Part shown: positions 10,401 through 22,150 of the stretch, piece after piece | Numbering within the stretch: position 1 is the first letter of the stretch | How the letters are laid out: each line of letters begins with the position of its first letter | Notes under the pieces: model-generated | Told to the model about the DNA's origin: nothing | The model's input: only the letters and a program-made list of their open reading frames with translations | Database searches by the model: none | Translations under genes and position numbers: made by a program | Source of the DNA: Catajapyx aquilonaris | Taxonomy: Eukaryota | Assembly (NCBI GenBank): GCA_000934665.2 | Contig: JYFJ02002896.1 | Location: 1 to 49,226 of the forward strand | Length of the DNA: 49,226 nucleotides | Direction: 5' to 3'

Positions 10401-13400
10401 TTACGCAAACAACATAGGAAAGCAACTTGCACATATCCTACGAGGATTGAAAGAAGCTTTCGAATGATATATATAATATGATTTTTTGGATCATCTGCCT
10501 AGGAGTTGTTTCGAATCAAACACAGGGCTCACCGGATTAGGGAGGAAATATCTTGGACTGCTGGGAGCGCTCCCAGCCGGTAAGAGTGGGTCCGGACCTT
10601 CCTAGCAGCTAGGAGCGCTCCCACCACCTGGGAGGGGTTGGTGCAATGAAATCAGTTCCTAGGAGCGCCCCCACCTCCTAGGAACGGTTTGTGTAACCGG
10701 CCCTAAGGGTGGATGCTATCTTGCCTTTTGGAAAATAGATGGTGTTTTTTTTCACTGCCTTATGAGGTGACTAAAGTTTTTACCATTAGGGCTACATCAT
10801 ACAAATTCCATTAGTGTAAGAGTGACTCTTTGCAAATTTTTGAAGAACAGGTATTTTCTTTTAAAGGGACCATGCAACATTCATGACCAGGGACATGGTG
10901 CGTATATTTTTGGACATATCTACTCATTTACAGCCCCAAGTGCCGTCACAATTACGGCAAAGGAAGCGCTCCAGCAAAATATTGGTGTTACTGTGGGCAG
11001 GTCTCCGATCCAGTTACAGACCCATGGATTATCCCCCACTCTTGCGGACAAGTTTGCAGCCGGTTTTTGCAACCTGCTTGTGGACACATTTGCATGATCC
11101 TATGTCATCCAGGTATGAGCCAGTACAAGTATGTTGCCAATGTACATTGACAGTGTATGACTTGTTTTTTCAGGACCATGTCCCCCATGTCCTAAGACCG
11201 TGCCACGTTCATGTCTATGTGGAAAGGATACACCAACAATTGAGCGCTGCTCTGCATCACTTCGGTGTTGTGGACGGCCCTGTGGAAAGGTGCTCAAGTG
11301 TGGACATCACACCTGCATTGAGACATGCCATGGTGGGGATTGTCCTCCTTGTCCAAAGCAGAGCTCCCAACCATGCCAATGTCAACAAGATGTTAAGAAG
11401 CGGCCCTGTGCTGATCCAGTGTGGAAGTGTGGAAGGGTGAGATTTATTTCTTCCTGCTGCCCATTATACACTAGCAGATTATTTTGTTCTGCCTTTTTAT
11501 CGCTGTGCTTATTGAATAGTTTAGAGCTTGACCTCTGTGTTACCCACACTGCACTGCAGTGAAAAATATCAGTTTGGAGCAGCATATTCATTGTTAGAAT
11601 TGGTTAACTATCTGGCAACTAACTTCTTGTTGATGTTTAAGAAGCTTGGTGGCACACATTTTAAAAATCTGAGAAGTTAAACCATGATTGAGGGACTAGC
11701 TGACACTCAAATGAACTGGGAGATAGGTTGTAGAACTGGGCATAAGACAGCTCAGAATGCCCAAAGTATTAAATTTAATAAATAACTTTGCCTAAATTTT
11801 ATTAACCAATTTGATGCTTGAGGATACACTGAAAATGGCCCTGAAACTGGATGTGACGGTGCTTCAACCTGCCTTTTGTGAGATTTTTTCCTGTCCATTT
11901 GTACTAACAGACCCATTAAGCACTGAATAGCTGATGTAAGGATCCAAAAATTACTTTGTACTATGTAACACTCTATTTTATCTTAGGCCCGTATTCATAA
12001 TGGAATTCGAACGCGGGGTCGGGGTTGAACCCAGGGTTGAGGCGGAGTTGACCCCGGGTTCGTATTCATAATGGCTTTGAAACCCCGCGATCCGGGGTTG
12101 AGTCGGGCGAGGAGTTGACCCCGGTCCTCGACCAGGGTTCAGTTCTGAACTCGGGGTTGAGGTCGATTGCAAATGGCGGAAGGGGTCGAAATTCAAGCCG
12201 TTCTGAAGCGGCTAGACCTCCGACGCGTGTGTCTGAGGGACCGGGAGAACCCGATGGAGGTGTACGACGACGCGACGCGTCCCTCCGGCAACGACACCGC
12301 CTGCGGAAAGACTGCGTGTTGAACCTGCTCGAAATAATCGCGGCAGACCTCGTTCTTCCTCTGTAGACAAGCGGGCCATTTCAGGGCCACTGATAAATTG
12401 ACATCAGTCATGCAACGACAGTGATTTTATTGGGTGGGCTACATATACAGGGAGTCATCCCAAGTTCAAGTGACGATTTAACGGTTATAAATAGCAGTGA
12501 TTTTGTGCTATTCATGTAGCAGCTACGTCTGAACTATTACCTCTTCGGCGTCATCGAAAATATTAGCTGCCAATAGCAGCATACATGTAATGAATCTGCT
12601 GGAACCACATGCCACATGCGGCACCAATGCCAATCCGGCAGTCCGCAAAGAAGGCTGCCACTCCCGCGCCACAGGGCACTGTATTTTTTCCAGGTCAACC
12701 AGACAGGATTCATTACATGCTTGATTACATGTATGCTGCTATTGGCAGCTAATATTTTCGATGAAGCTGATGTAGCTGCTACATGAATGGTGCAAATAAC
12801 TGCTATTTGTAACTGTTAATCGTCACTCGAACTTGTGACGCCCTGTAGCTAGTAGGCTACATAAGTATTCTGATGTATGTACACCTTCTACAATTTTTGT
12901 AGGAAAAGAATGCGTCTCGTACCACCCCGCCATGAAGTACAAAATAATGGTCACTGTTGCTCCTCACCCAAAATCTTACCTCAACCAGCCCCCTGAGTTA
13001 ATTATAGCTTATTCGGTACAATAGATGCTGGTCAGCCCTTGCTATTTGGTCCAATAGTCAGCTCATTTACTGCAGAAGTTGGGTGACAATAATGGCTAGT
13101 GATGGGTCTGAACTTGAGATCGAAAGTGGCCAAGTCCACTGCAGAAATTATGCACTTTAATGTCATTGGGTATTAATATTGCACATTTGCGTATTATGTA
13201 GCAGACGAGCTATTATGCGGCAACGTAAAAATTATGGTCGTACAAGAGGTTAACGTAAACGCACCCGATTAAATCCTTAGCTTTAGCTATTTAGCAAAGG
13301 CGAATTTTTTAGTTAGCTTATTAGCTGTTAGAGAAGTTAATTTTTCGGATAGCTGTGCCCACCTCTGTTTTGTTAGTAAGTTAGGGTGGAATTTTTGTCG

Positions 13401-16320
13401 TACTACTAGTTACTTCTAACTTATTGCAGTACCAGTGTAGTGCAACACTGCAAATGTACTGCTAAGTTAGCAGTAACTCGTAGTACGACGAAAATTCCAC
13501 CGTTCGAAATTAAATAGTTAGTCACCAGTTATTTTCACTCATTTGCCAAGCACAGGGCCGTTTCGCGACCCGTCCGCGTGAGAGTGCTAGCGCCGCGTCC
13601 GATACGGTACCGTATTTTGTAGTGTGACGTCACTATATGGACGCCTGTTTCCAAGCCTGGTAAGCCCTGGGGTTGGAACGCGGAGTCGACTCAACCCCGC
13701 GGATGTTCGACATTATGCATACGGATCGGACTCAACCCCGGGGTTAACCCCAACCCGCTCTCAACCCGGGGTTACTCAACCCCGGGTTGAGAATGTCCAT
13801 TATGAATACGGGCCTTAGTGTTAGCTGATTGATTTACAAAGCACTGCAATCCCTACCTTCTAGGTCAGGGAATTGGATTTATAGTATCATATGCTGATTT
13901 TCTCTGGTCTGAGTTCATGTTAATAGGGTTTTACTCTACATGAAAGCCTTTAGTCAGACATGATGTAGCTCCCAGTCAGAAAATTACATGCTTTTGTTGT
14001 CACATTGCACCTTTAGAGCCACTGTCATAAATTAAGGTTAAAATTCACCAATAATGTTTGCTGCAGGTCTGTGACAAGTACCTGTGCTGCGGTTACCACA
14101 CTTGCGAAGTAGTGTGTCATTCAGGGGACTGTGGCGAGTGTTCCCTTAATCTTCCTCGGTCCTGTCCATGTGGGAAAACCAAGCAGACTCTGCCTTGCAT
14201 TGAAAAAGTAAAGCCTTGTGGTGATACGTGTGGAAAAAATTTGTCATGTGGATTGCACAAGTGCATGGAGAGATGCCATTATGGGCCTTGTGGACAGGTA
14301 AGTTGTTTATGAGCTACATTAATAGCATATCAAAAATAATGGTTCTTTTCAGTGTCTCCAAGTAGGTGAGAGGCGATGTCGCTGTGGCACACATAAGAAA
14401 TCTGTTTCATGTTTGAAAGAATATTTGTGTGAGTCCAAATGCAAGAAGATGAGGGATTGTGGTCGACACCCTTGCAACAAACGGGTATGATCATAGTTGG
14501 TGGTTTTTTGGAACTCACTGAAATGTAGTTTACTTACAGTGCTGTGCTGGGGAGTGTCCTCCATGTGAACAGGAGTGTCGTCGAAGTCTAAGATGTAAGA
14601 ATCACAAGTGCACTGCTCGTTGCCACCCAGGGCAATGTTTTCCTTGTGATAGCATGGTGGACATGAAATGTCGTTGTGGAGCAACAAAAGTGACAGTACC
14701 ATGTGGGAGAGAAAAGAAAATGCGACCACCTGCTTGCGAGCTGAATTGCAGGTCAGGTTCGTTTCAATGGACACTGTTCATTGAAGGTGCTGTTGGTATC
14801 AGGTTTGATATTTCTTACAGGGTTCCTCCAACATGCCATCATGAGAAACGGGAGGCTCATAAGTGCCACTTTGGTCCCTGCCCACCTTGTAGGCAAGCTT
14901 GTGGAAAAGTGCTGCATTGTGATCACACATGCCCTAAGCCTTGCCATTCCCAGGTCAAAGTGAAATTTTCAGAAAACCGAAAGCTAGAAGGACCATGGGA
15001 TAGGTTGCATACTTACTATGAGATTAAAAATCTGCCATGTCCACCATGCCTGGTGCGTAACAAGTGATATTCTTATGCAGGCTCATTATGCCTGAAATTA
15101 ATTTATTCGCCTATTTTGGGAAGCCCTGTATGAAAATGTTTTTCTACATATCCATATTGCAGGTAAAAGTGCCAGTTACTTGTTTTGGCAAACACGAAAC
15201 AGTTGACACACCATGTTGTGAGTGTCGTCCAACATCATGTTCACAGCCATGTGGACGTATGTTGGCATGCGGCAGTCATAAGTGTGAGAAGCCTTGCCAC
15301 ATCCCGTCAGAATCTTTGGATTATGAAGATAAGTTTGACGCAGCAGGTTCAGTGTTGGTGAGTGTCTGTTTGTAAAAGTTATTGAACTTGTGTCATATTA
15401 AACAATATTCCAGGCGGGACCAAATTGCGAATATTGTGAAAAGCAGTGCACAAAGCGAAAGAAAAACACCTGTCAACATGGATGCCCTTCGAAATGTCAT
15501 TTGGGTCCATGTCCACCATGCAAACGTTACATCCGCATTCGCTGTTACTGTGGAGTCCATGAACTCCATAAGCCTTGTTCTGAGATGACAAATAGTGATG
15601 GGACTGAAAATCTGCAAGCACGTGTCTGTGGAGGCACATGCATGAAAGAGGTATGTATACAGATTGCTGTAACAAGGAAGAACTGCTGCTTACAGAAATA
15701 AAACTCCCCAACAGTGGGTCTTCCAGGCTCTGACAATGCTGAGAGCTATATCATACACAACTTTGTGTACTGGTGTGTGGTAATTTGCATCTTGATGTTG
15801 GATTTCTTTTCCAGAGATCTTGTGGACACAATTGCAAATTGACATGCCATTCTGGGTCTTGCGATGAGCCTTCAAACAAGTGTAAGTTTAACACCACATT
15901 ATTTTGTGCTTGTAAGAGAACCAAGAAGACTGTTTTGTGTTGGGAACAAGATGCAAAAGAACCAAAGTGCAACAAAGTGTGTGAAAAGTTTCAAGCTGAA
16001 GAGGAACAGGTAATATTTTACTATCATATTCATGTGTGTAGGTGCTTCTTACAAGAGCACCTTCAAGAAAATTCCATTTATCCTCCCTTTAGAGGAAACG
16101 CGAGATTGCAGAAAAGCTTCAACAGGAAGCTGTCGAGAAGGAGAAGGCTGAATTAGAGGAGTTCATGCGCAAGATGTCACGAGCCGGGCGGAAAAAGCCG
16201 AAGAAGGCGTCTTTTGAAGAAGAGAACAACAACAGTAGATGGTCTAAGGTTGCACTCTATGCAGGCATTATGTTAACACTGGTTGCACTGGCAATTGCAG
16301 TGCATATAGCGTGGAAGTAG
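4401..16320 (+). CDS. NFXL1: NF-X1-type zinc finger protein NFXL1 (RING-like finger, multiple NF-X1 Zn fingers, coiled coil, C-terminal TM helix; ~966 aa)
   Basis: Exons 4401-4926, 7127-7263, 7538-7671, 10934-11112, 11174-11436, 14067-14297, 14353-14484, 14540-14751, 14821-15052, 15163-15357, 15414-15650, 15815-16009, 16093-16320 join in frame (2901 nt). The protein has an RG-rich start, [61 protein letters not shown], repeated CGxHxCxxxCHxGxCxx[14 protein letters not shown] and a hydrophobic tail. This order matches NFXL1, and there is no R3H domain as in NFX1. Confidence 0.95.
4476..4868 (+). repeat. 189-bp (63-aa) in-frame tandem repeat, two full copies plus the start of a third, in NFXL1 coding exon 1
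   Basis: Units start at 4476 ([16 protein letters not shown]..), 4665 ([16 protein letters not shown]..) and 4854 (TNPDD). Both full units end with [21 protein letters not shown]. Confidence 0.9.
7967..8303. mobile_element. Inverted-repeat (MITE-like) element in an NFXL1 intron; related copy at ~10115-10320
   Basis: CATAATTAAGTTAATTGCACACCTC..AGCCAGAAATGTGCGTGATAAAATTACAT (7967-8071) is the reverse complement of 8199-8303. The right arm plus its flank recurs, diverged, at ~10115-10320. Confidence 0.75.
8834..9597. mobile_element. Foldback-like palindromic element with internal ~150-bp subrepeats
   Basis: Termini are TAGTCCGGGCCCTAAGCG and CGCTTAGGGCCCGGACTA. The subunit GGTCA(C/G)GAGT(A/T)ATGCGG occurs forward at ~8955, 9107, 9254 and inverted at ~9301, 9449. 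The arms are near mirror images. Confidence 0.85.
9692..10703. mobile_element. PIF/Harbinger-type non-autonomous element
   Basis: TIRs are GGGCCGGTTGCACGAACCGTTCCTAG and CTAGGAACGGTTTGTGTAACCGGCCC, flanked by TAA on both sides (9689-9691, 10704-10706), the typical Harbinger TSD. Confidence 0.85.
12448..12845. mobile_element. Tc1/mariner-type MITE nested in the Harbinger element
   Basis: TA-CAGGG...CCCTG-TA with long imperfect inverted arms (e.g. CATCGAAAATATTAGCTGCCAATAGCAGCATACATGTAAT versus its reverse complement at ~12724-12763). Confidence 0.85.
13385..13501. repeat. Short palindromic MITE-like hairpin
   Basis: GGTGGAATTTTTGTCGTACTAC..AGTTACT pairs with AGTAACT..GTAGTACGACGAAAATTCCACC. 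Confidence 0.75.
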
Positions 16321-17764
16321 TGTACAATTTCACCATGTTCCTTGTAGCATTAGTTAGTTATTTTGGGTTACAATCAATGCTATGGCTGACCCTGTGTTTC
16401 CTGCGCGATTCTGAACTCTTCGGGTGGTGGTTTAAAAAGAGCGCCCTGGATGAAAATCACTGGATCTGGCACCATTGGTTTCGCGCTCTATTCATGCACA
16501 AGAATGGGCTGAACATTGCAAAACATACCAAACTATGCTGTATATGGAGAGAGGGCAGCAACCGCCTCATAAACTATGCACAAGACGGTGACTTCATCCC
16601 ATTGCTTCATCTACGCGATTTTTTAAAGGCGGCTTCTACCCCTCGAAGAAATCCAAGATAATTCTATATGGTTGCCCAGTCTCTCTGATGAATTATGAAA
16701 GCATCAAGTGTCCGTTAAATTTTTTTTAAAATTCCGGTTTAAACAGAGGTAATGTGATCCGCCAGATGCAAAAAAAAAAAAAAAAAAGGTGCCTCAGGTG
16801 GCAAGCGGGCAACGCCCAGACCTCGGAGCAGTCCGCCTGGCCAATTAGGTGCGAGGATGCTTTTTACGACCAAAAAGGCACCGGGGGAGATTGCCTACCC
16901 TTCACAGATCGTTCGGATTTTTTCCCCGGCGAATAGTAAAGTCGCAGAATTTCGGGGTTTTCTTAAAATGGTTTTCAACTGTATGTCCACAAACTGTGAA
17001 ATAAGCGGTAGGGAGCTGTGTGTATTTAAATTCGTGCACTAAGTGTTTGTTTCGGGTTGTTTACAATGAATGAAACCTTGGCCTATGACGTCGTGCCATT
17101 AAAAATATCACGCGAGTGGCGTAAATATTCATGATCATAGAAACTATGAACATTTCCTAAGGCTATTGTGAAAGAAATTTCCATCGGGTTTACACCAGTG
17201 AATTTTTAAAAAATTATTTTGTTTCGTCGTATTATAATACAACCAAATCGGGCAGTGGGAGACAAAGGGTTAAATTTCGCAGAAAACTTTGTAAAATGGG
17301 AGGCACAATTTTGTTATTTCCACAAATTCCTTTGTTGAAAGGAGAAAGAGAAAAACCGACAAATATTAATGTTGAATGGAATGTTGATTGTTGACAGTTG
17401 CTCTCCAACTGTTTGGTAATGCTTTCCCAGTTTCTTATCAGTGAGCATAGCTGTGCAGTTGGCTTGGGCCTCCATTCTCCTTACTCCACTGTAATAATGC
17501 AACTGGTAGTTCAGCATTTGAGACCTTCCTGCTGCCAATACACAATGGTAAGAAAGGAAGACATTGAAAAAAAAAAGAATCAGAAGGAAGGAAAGAAAAT
17601 GCTATTTCTACCGTTGTTTGTGTCCAGCCCCCTGCAACTCCTAAGATACGGTATTTCATTACTGATGCTCCATTACACCAGGGATTTTGGTGCTGGCTTC
17701 GCTCACTGGGGCTACTCAGGGTGATTTGGTTGCCCGACTCACTCATGTGGCAGTGTGCGAATTT

Positions 17765-17945
17765 GGACCTGTATACTGGACCCCGACGTCTTGAGTTGAA
17801 CTCGAGGATGTGACTGTGTGACGTCAAAATGACACACGCTGGGTGCCTCCCCTGCCCCGGATTGGTCTGCATACGTCATTTTGACGTCACGCAGAGTCGC
17901 ATCCTCGAGTTCACCTCGAGACGGCGGGGTCCAGTATACAGGTCC
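17765..17945. mobile_element. Palindromic MITE
   Basis: GGACCTGTATACTGGACCCC..CTCGAGGATG..TGACGTCAAAATGAC is mirrored by GTCATTTTGACGTCA..CATCCTCGAG..GGGGTCCAGTATACAGGTCC. Confidence 0.8.
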
Positions 17946-18748
17946 TGCAGAATAGGACTGATTGTGCTACACTATTGACTGTATGGGTTGGTTCAGAAGG
18001 CGTCTGCACGAATTTGCTTGGCAGCTGGATTCCCCCCAGTGAGCGACGCCAGCGCCAGAGGAGACTCTGTAATTAAACTACCGTTACCATATAGTAAGGG
18101 TGGGAGTTTCAGGGGGCTAATTGTGTCTGTGCTGCACTGCTGGGTTATTTCGCGCAAGGGCAATGCAGGATGTGAAATAACGTTGTGAGGTTCATAAAGG
18201 GCTAAAGTGTAATTTATTTAAGTTTTTTGAATAAGAAATGAAGTTATGTTGCTTGTGAGTTGTATGGTACTGCCACAGTACTGTACTGATGGCCCAAGTG
18301 AAAACCCTGTATCTCGGCTTTTTATCATTTCCAGTTATATTTGTGTTTGAAGTTTTTTGTTTTCATTATCGTATGTGGAAGTGCATGATTTCAATTGGCC
18401 AAAACTTGGCAGGGTTGCTCCTACTGTTACGGGCTTGTACCAAAAGGTGTGGCTTGCAAAGAAGAGTGCAGTGGTGGATTTATCTCCATTTAGGGATTTT
18501 CGAAGCTACGGGTTTTCACTTGGGCAGTCAGTGTACCACTTTGTGTAACAGTTTGTATATGCCCAATAGGAGAATACAAATATATTGTTCACATGAGCCA
18601 GTTGTATTTATTGGGGCGATTTCAGCATGTGAAGTGAAATCACTCTTGTGTGCTTTTAGCACTGAGCCTTTCCTACACCCAAAATTAATGAGCAAATGTG
18701 CACTAAACTTGTGTGCATGATAGGCATTTCCTAACAATTGCTCCAGTA

Positions 18749-18910
18749 CAGTGTTGGACATTAATCGAGGCATACCGCTAGCGACATTTTCAGAAGTGGC
18801 AGAAGAAGGAATCGAAGATAAGGATACTGCAAGCGGGGCGAACAAGATTCCTTCTTCTGCCGCTTCGAAAAATGTCGCTGGCAGTATGCCTCGATTAATG
18901 TCCAACACTG
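18749..18910. mobile_element. TA-flanked palindromic MITE
   Basis: TA-CAGTGTTGGACATTAATCGAGGCATAC... is mirrored by ...GTATGCCTCGATTAATGTCCAACACTG-TA. Confidence 0.8.
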
Positions 18911-19053
18911 TACACTGATGAACATTATGGTGTTGTACTGGTGGCACCATGAGACTCGGGCTGCAAAAGAGCAAATGGAAGTGATGAATTAGCAATCAAT
19001 ACATCACTTCAATTTGCTCTTTTTCAGCCAGATGCTAGTGGAGCCACCAGTAC

Positions 19054-19054
<1 letters not shown>

Positions 19055-19084
<30 letters not shown>

Positions 19085-19339
19085 GATACCCCGTGATAAG
19101 CCCCTTGGGCCTCTTAGGGGATCATCTTTTGAATAACCGACTTTAATCATTTGCCTGTAATGTGATGGATTTTGATAGTGGGAGGAAATGGGAGAACCCT
19201 GAGAAAACCCACGCGAACACGGAGAGAACCCATCGAAACTCTATCCACATAAGTATCCTCCGTCCGACCCGGGGATCGAACTCGGGACCTTAGAGGTGGA
19301 AGGCTGTGGCGCTAACCACTCGGCCACCGTGTCGCCCTA
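19055..19339 (-). mobile_element. Full-length tRNA-derived SINE with a V-domain-like core and (ATT)n tail
   Basis: The minus strand shows an A box TGGCCGAGTGG, a B box GAGTTCGATCC, the core GTGGGTTTTCTCAGGGTTCTCCCATTTCCTCCCAC (V-SINE-like) and an (ATT)n tail. It is flanked by the direct repeat CCACCAGTACA at 19044-19054 and 19340-19350. Confidence 0.9.
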
Positions 19340-19654
19340 CCACCAGTACAACACCATTAATGTCCAGCATTGAACTGAAGAAATTGGGACATAACTACCA
19401 GCAATAATTTGTACCAATTCCAATGCTATCTGAAGAAGATCCTTTTTGAACCCTTCCTTTCCAGTATATTATTTTCTATAGTCTACCTGGCTAGACACTC
19501 TCAGCCACCCATTAGCTCCGGTGTGCACTCCAAATATTTGAAAGCACAATTTCTAAGTCTCCGAGAAGACAGTGATATGTTTCAAAAATTTGCAATGGAT
19601 TGTTGCCATTGGAGCAACAAACATGTTCCAACAGCATGTTGCTTACATGAGATA

Positions 19655-20216
19655 CAGTAAAACTTCTATAAGTTGAACTTCCCTAAATCGAAGTTTTCTA
19701 TAAGGCGAATAAAATTATGATCTTGGTTGGTAACAATGTAAAAGAATAGGAAATAAACTTCCCTAACTCGAATTTATAATAACTCGAAGTGCTGGCAGGG
19801 CCTTACGATGGGATATCAATGCATTTTCAGTCTCCCTAAGTCCAAGTTCATGTTGGCGAGTACGGAAAATTTTCTCATTTCCCAGCCGACATGTACAGAA
19901 AGGCTCAATTTCCTGAGATCCATCTACCAGACGTACCGAAAGAAGTGTTTGACTCGATTGTGACAATTGAATCCTTGAATCTAAAAGTAGGAAAATGTCC
20001 ATAACTGAGATTTTTTTTTACAACAAAACGAGCAGCATTGTAAGTGTGATAGTGACAGTAATTTTTAAGTTTTGAACACCTTTCGTTGCTGGATGTAAAG
20101 GTAGGCTTCCTTATAGAGTTCTGTGCTTTAAAAAACCAACTTCTCTAACTCGAATCTTCTATAACTTGAAGTTTTTTCCCCGTACCATGGAGATTCGACT
20201 TATAGAAGTTTTACTG
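19655..20216. mobile_element. Tigger/pogo-like MITE
   Basis: TA-CAGTAAAACTTCTATAAGT.GAA pairs with TTCGACTTATAGAAGTTTTACTG. Internal TAACTCGAA-type subrepeats are present. Confidence 0.75.
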
Positions 20217-20512
20217 CAATTCTGAAGGGAAGGAGGGAAATTATGCAAATTACTTAGGTTTATACTGGCCAGCTGGTTGGCTCCCTGGGTCTGTGGGCAG
20301 GGTGGGGTGACTGAGAGGGGCAGTTCAAGATGCAAGTGCAGTTTTCATTGTTATCAAAAGTATTAGCTGCTAATATTAGATTATGTATACCCATTCTTCA
20401 TGGACAGCAGGGAAAAGCATGGGGTCTCCCTGTTCTAAAGCTTTTTTTTTTTTTTTTTTGAACTGATGATGTTGCCTGTGCATCATGCCTGATGATGTTA
20501 ACATACACTATA

Positions 20513-21708
20513 CAGGGTGATCCAACTTCATGGCACCAGTAGTTATTGGAAAAATCGCGCAAGCTGCTTGTTTATAAGCAGGTCGTTGCTAAGAGATGCT
20601 TTCTGGCTCTTTCTGGAGAATCGGGAATAGCACCTGCTGATATTAGGTCCAATGCCCATGTAACAATATTAATGAGCGAAAAAAGGGTCATCCGTGGGAA
20701 ACAGGCCTGTTCTGGTGTTCGCTGGAGGGTTTCACATGAGGTCACTAGCTGCCAAACCAGAGGCCTAATCCGTCGGAACTACCCGGGTGTGTCAATAAAT
20801 AGGCCTTCGGGTCTGTTCATTGTTGGCCGCAGTTGGCGCAACTGGGACAGGTCAACAGGCAGCGTTGTTTAGTTACCAGTCTTAGCACCTGCTGATATTA
20901 GGTCCAATGCCCATACATGTACCAATTAATGAGAGAATGCCCAATGCAGACTGTACTGTTAGAACCCTGGAAGCCCTTGGGCGGCCCTCGAACAGGCCCC
21001 CTGAGTAAGGCATGTCCTGGTCCTGACTCTACAAGAACTATTTATTTAAACTGGTAACTAAACAACGCCGCCTCAGTTGCGCGAACTGCGGCCAACAATG
21101 AACAGACCAGAAGGCCTATTTATTGACACACCCGGGTCTGTCCAGTTCCGACGGATTAGGCCTCTGGTTTGGCAGCTAGTGACCTCATGTGAAACCCTCC
21201 AGCGAACACCAGAACAGGCCTGTTTCCCACGGATGACCCTTTTTTCCCTCATTAATATTGTTACATGGGCATTGGACCTAATATCAGCAGGTGCTATTCC
21301 CGATTCTCCAGAAAGAGCAAGAAAGCATCTCTTAGCAACGACCTGCTTATAAACAAGCAGCTTGAGCAATTTTTCCAATAACTACTGGTGCCACCAAAGA
21401 GTTCTGCTATTATATAATATAATACCTAGAGGAGGTACTCCCTATCCTTTTCCATTAGACAGGCTGAGGCAGCCGCCATCTTGTTGGAGGTCATATTGTT
21501 GTTCTAACAGTTGTCTAGCAACTGGGACAACAACCAATAATGACAACTGGGCGACAATTAGTTCAATAATGTCAGGCGTCCGCCATCTTGTTGGAGGTCA
21601 TATTGTTGCCTGCATTGTTGCCTGCCTCACATTTCAGGCCTAGTACCTCCTCTAGGTGTATATATAATATAGCCGAACTCTTGGGTGCCACAGAGTTGGA
21701 TCACCCTG
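20513..21708. mobile_element. Tc1/mariner-type MITE with ~340-bp near-identical inverted arms, interrupted by a nested element
   Basis: TA-CAGGGTGATCCAACT...AGTTGGATCACCCTG-TA. Arms ~20532-20879 and ~21050-21392 are near-perfect reverse complements, which explains the twin ORFs 20546-20872(+) and 21073-21378(-). Confidence 0.9.
21395..21683. mobile_element. Non-autonomous element with 8-bp TSD (P-element- or hAT-like) nested in the mariner MITE arm
   Basis: TSD GGTGCCAC at 21387-21394 and 21684-21691. TIRs are CAAAGAGTTC.GCTAT..ACCTAGAGGAGGTACT and AGTACCTCCTCTAGGT..ATAGCCGAACTCTTG. An internal direct repeat CCGCCATCTTGTTGGAGGTCATATTGTTG is present. Confidence 0.8.
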
Positions 21709-21714
21709 TATATA

Positions 21715-22150
21715 CAGGGTGTTCATGAACAACACCGACGAACCTATACCACCCCCTACCTAGGCACCAGAGGATCACTTTATGTAGAGGAGTCATTATG
21801 TCTAGACTGCCTCCTTACTGAGATATTGACCCACCTGCTCTTCAGCGATTTTTGCCTAATCGCTCCTTCTGACTTTTAAATATAATTTGCAGGTATAACT
21901 AGCCATAGAGGCCTTCCCACCTGTGGACAAGAAACCAACAAAGTCCGGCCCCCAGACCACCCAGAGCCTTCTGACTGGGGTAGAGTTCGTTGGGTGGCCT
22001 AACTTCCAGGATATTTTATACTACCTGCTTGAAGGCAATTTGCGTGGTAATGAGGCGGCCCAGGCATAATCACTCCTCTACATAAAGTGAATCTCTGGTG
22101 TCTAGGTAGGGGGTGGTATAGGTTTGTCGGTGTTGTTCATGAACACCCTG
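21715..22150. mobile_element. Tc1/mariner-type MITE directly adjacent to the previous one
   Basis: TA-CAGGGTGTTCATGAACAACACCGAC..CCTATACCACCCCCTACCTAG is mirrored at 22102-22150, followed by TA. Confidence 0.9.

Larger units (their letters stand above)
11986..13814. mobile_element. PIF/Harbinger-type non-autonomous element carrying nested MITEs
   Basis: Perfect TIR GGCCCGTATTCATAATG / CATTATGAATACGGGCC with TTA on both sides (11983-11985, 13815-13817). Subterminal GGGGTTGA / TCAACCCC repeats occur at both ends. Confidence 0.9.

Noticed and set aside
19250..19339. tRNA-like sequence with A and B boxes
   Set aside because: It continues into a SINE body, tail and TSD, so it is a SINE head and not a tRNA gene.
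20546..21378. Two near-identical ORFs on opposite strands (108 and 101 aa) that look like a duplicated gene pair
   Set aside because: They are the two inverted arms of one MITE and have no recognisable domain.
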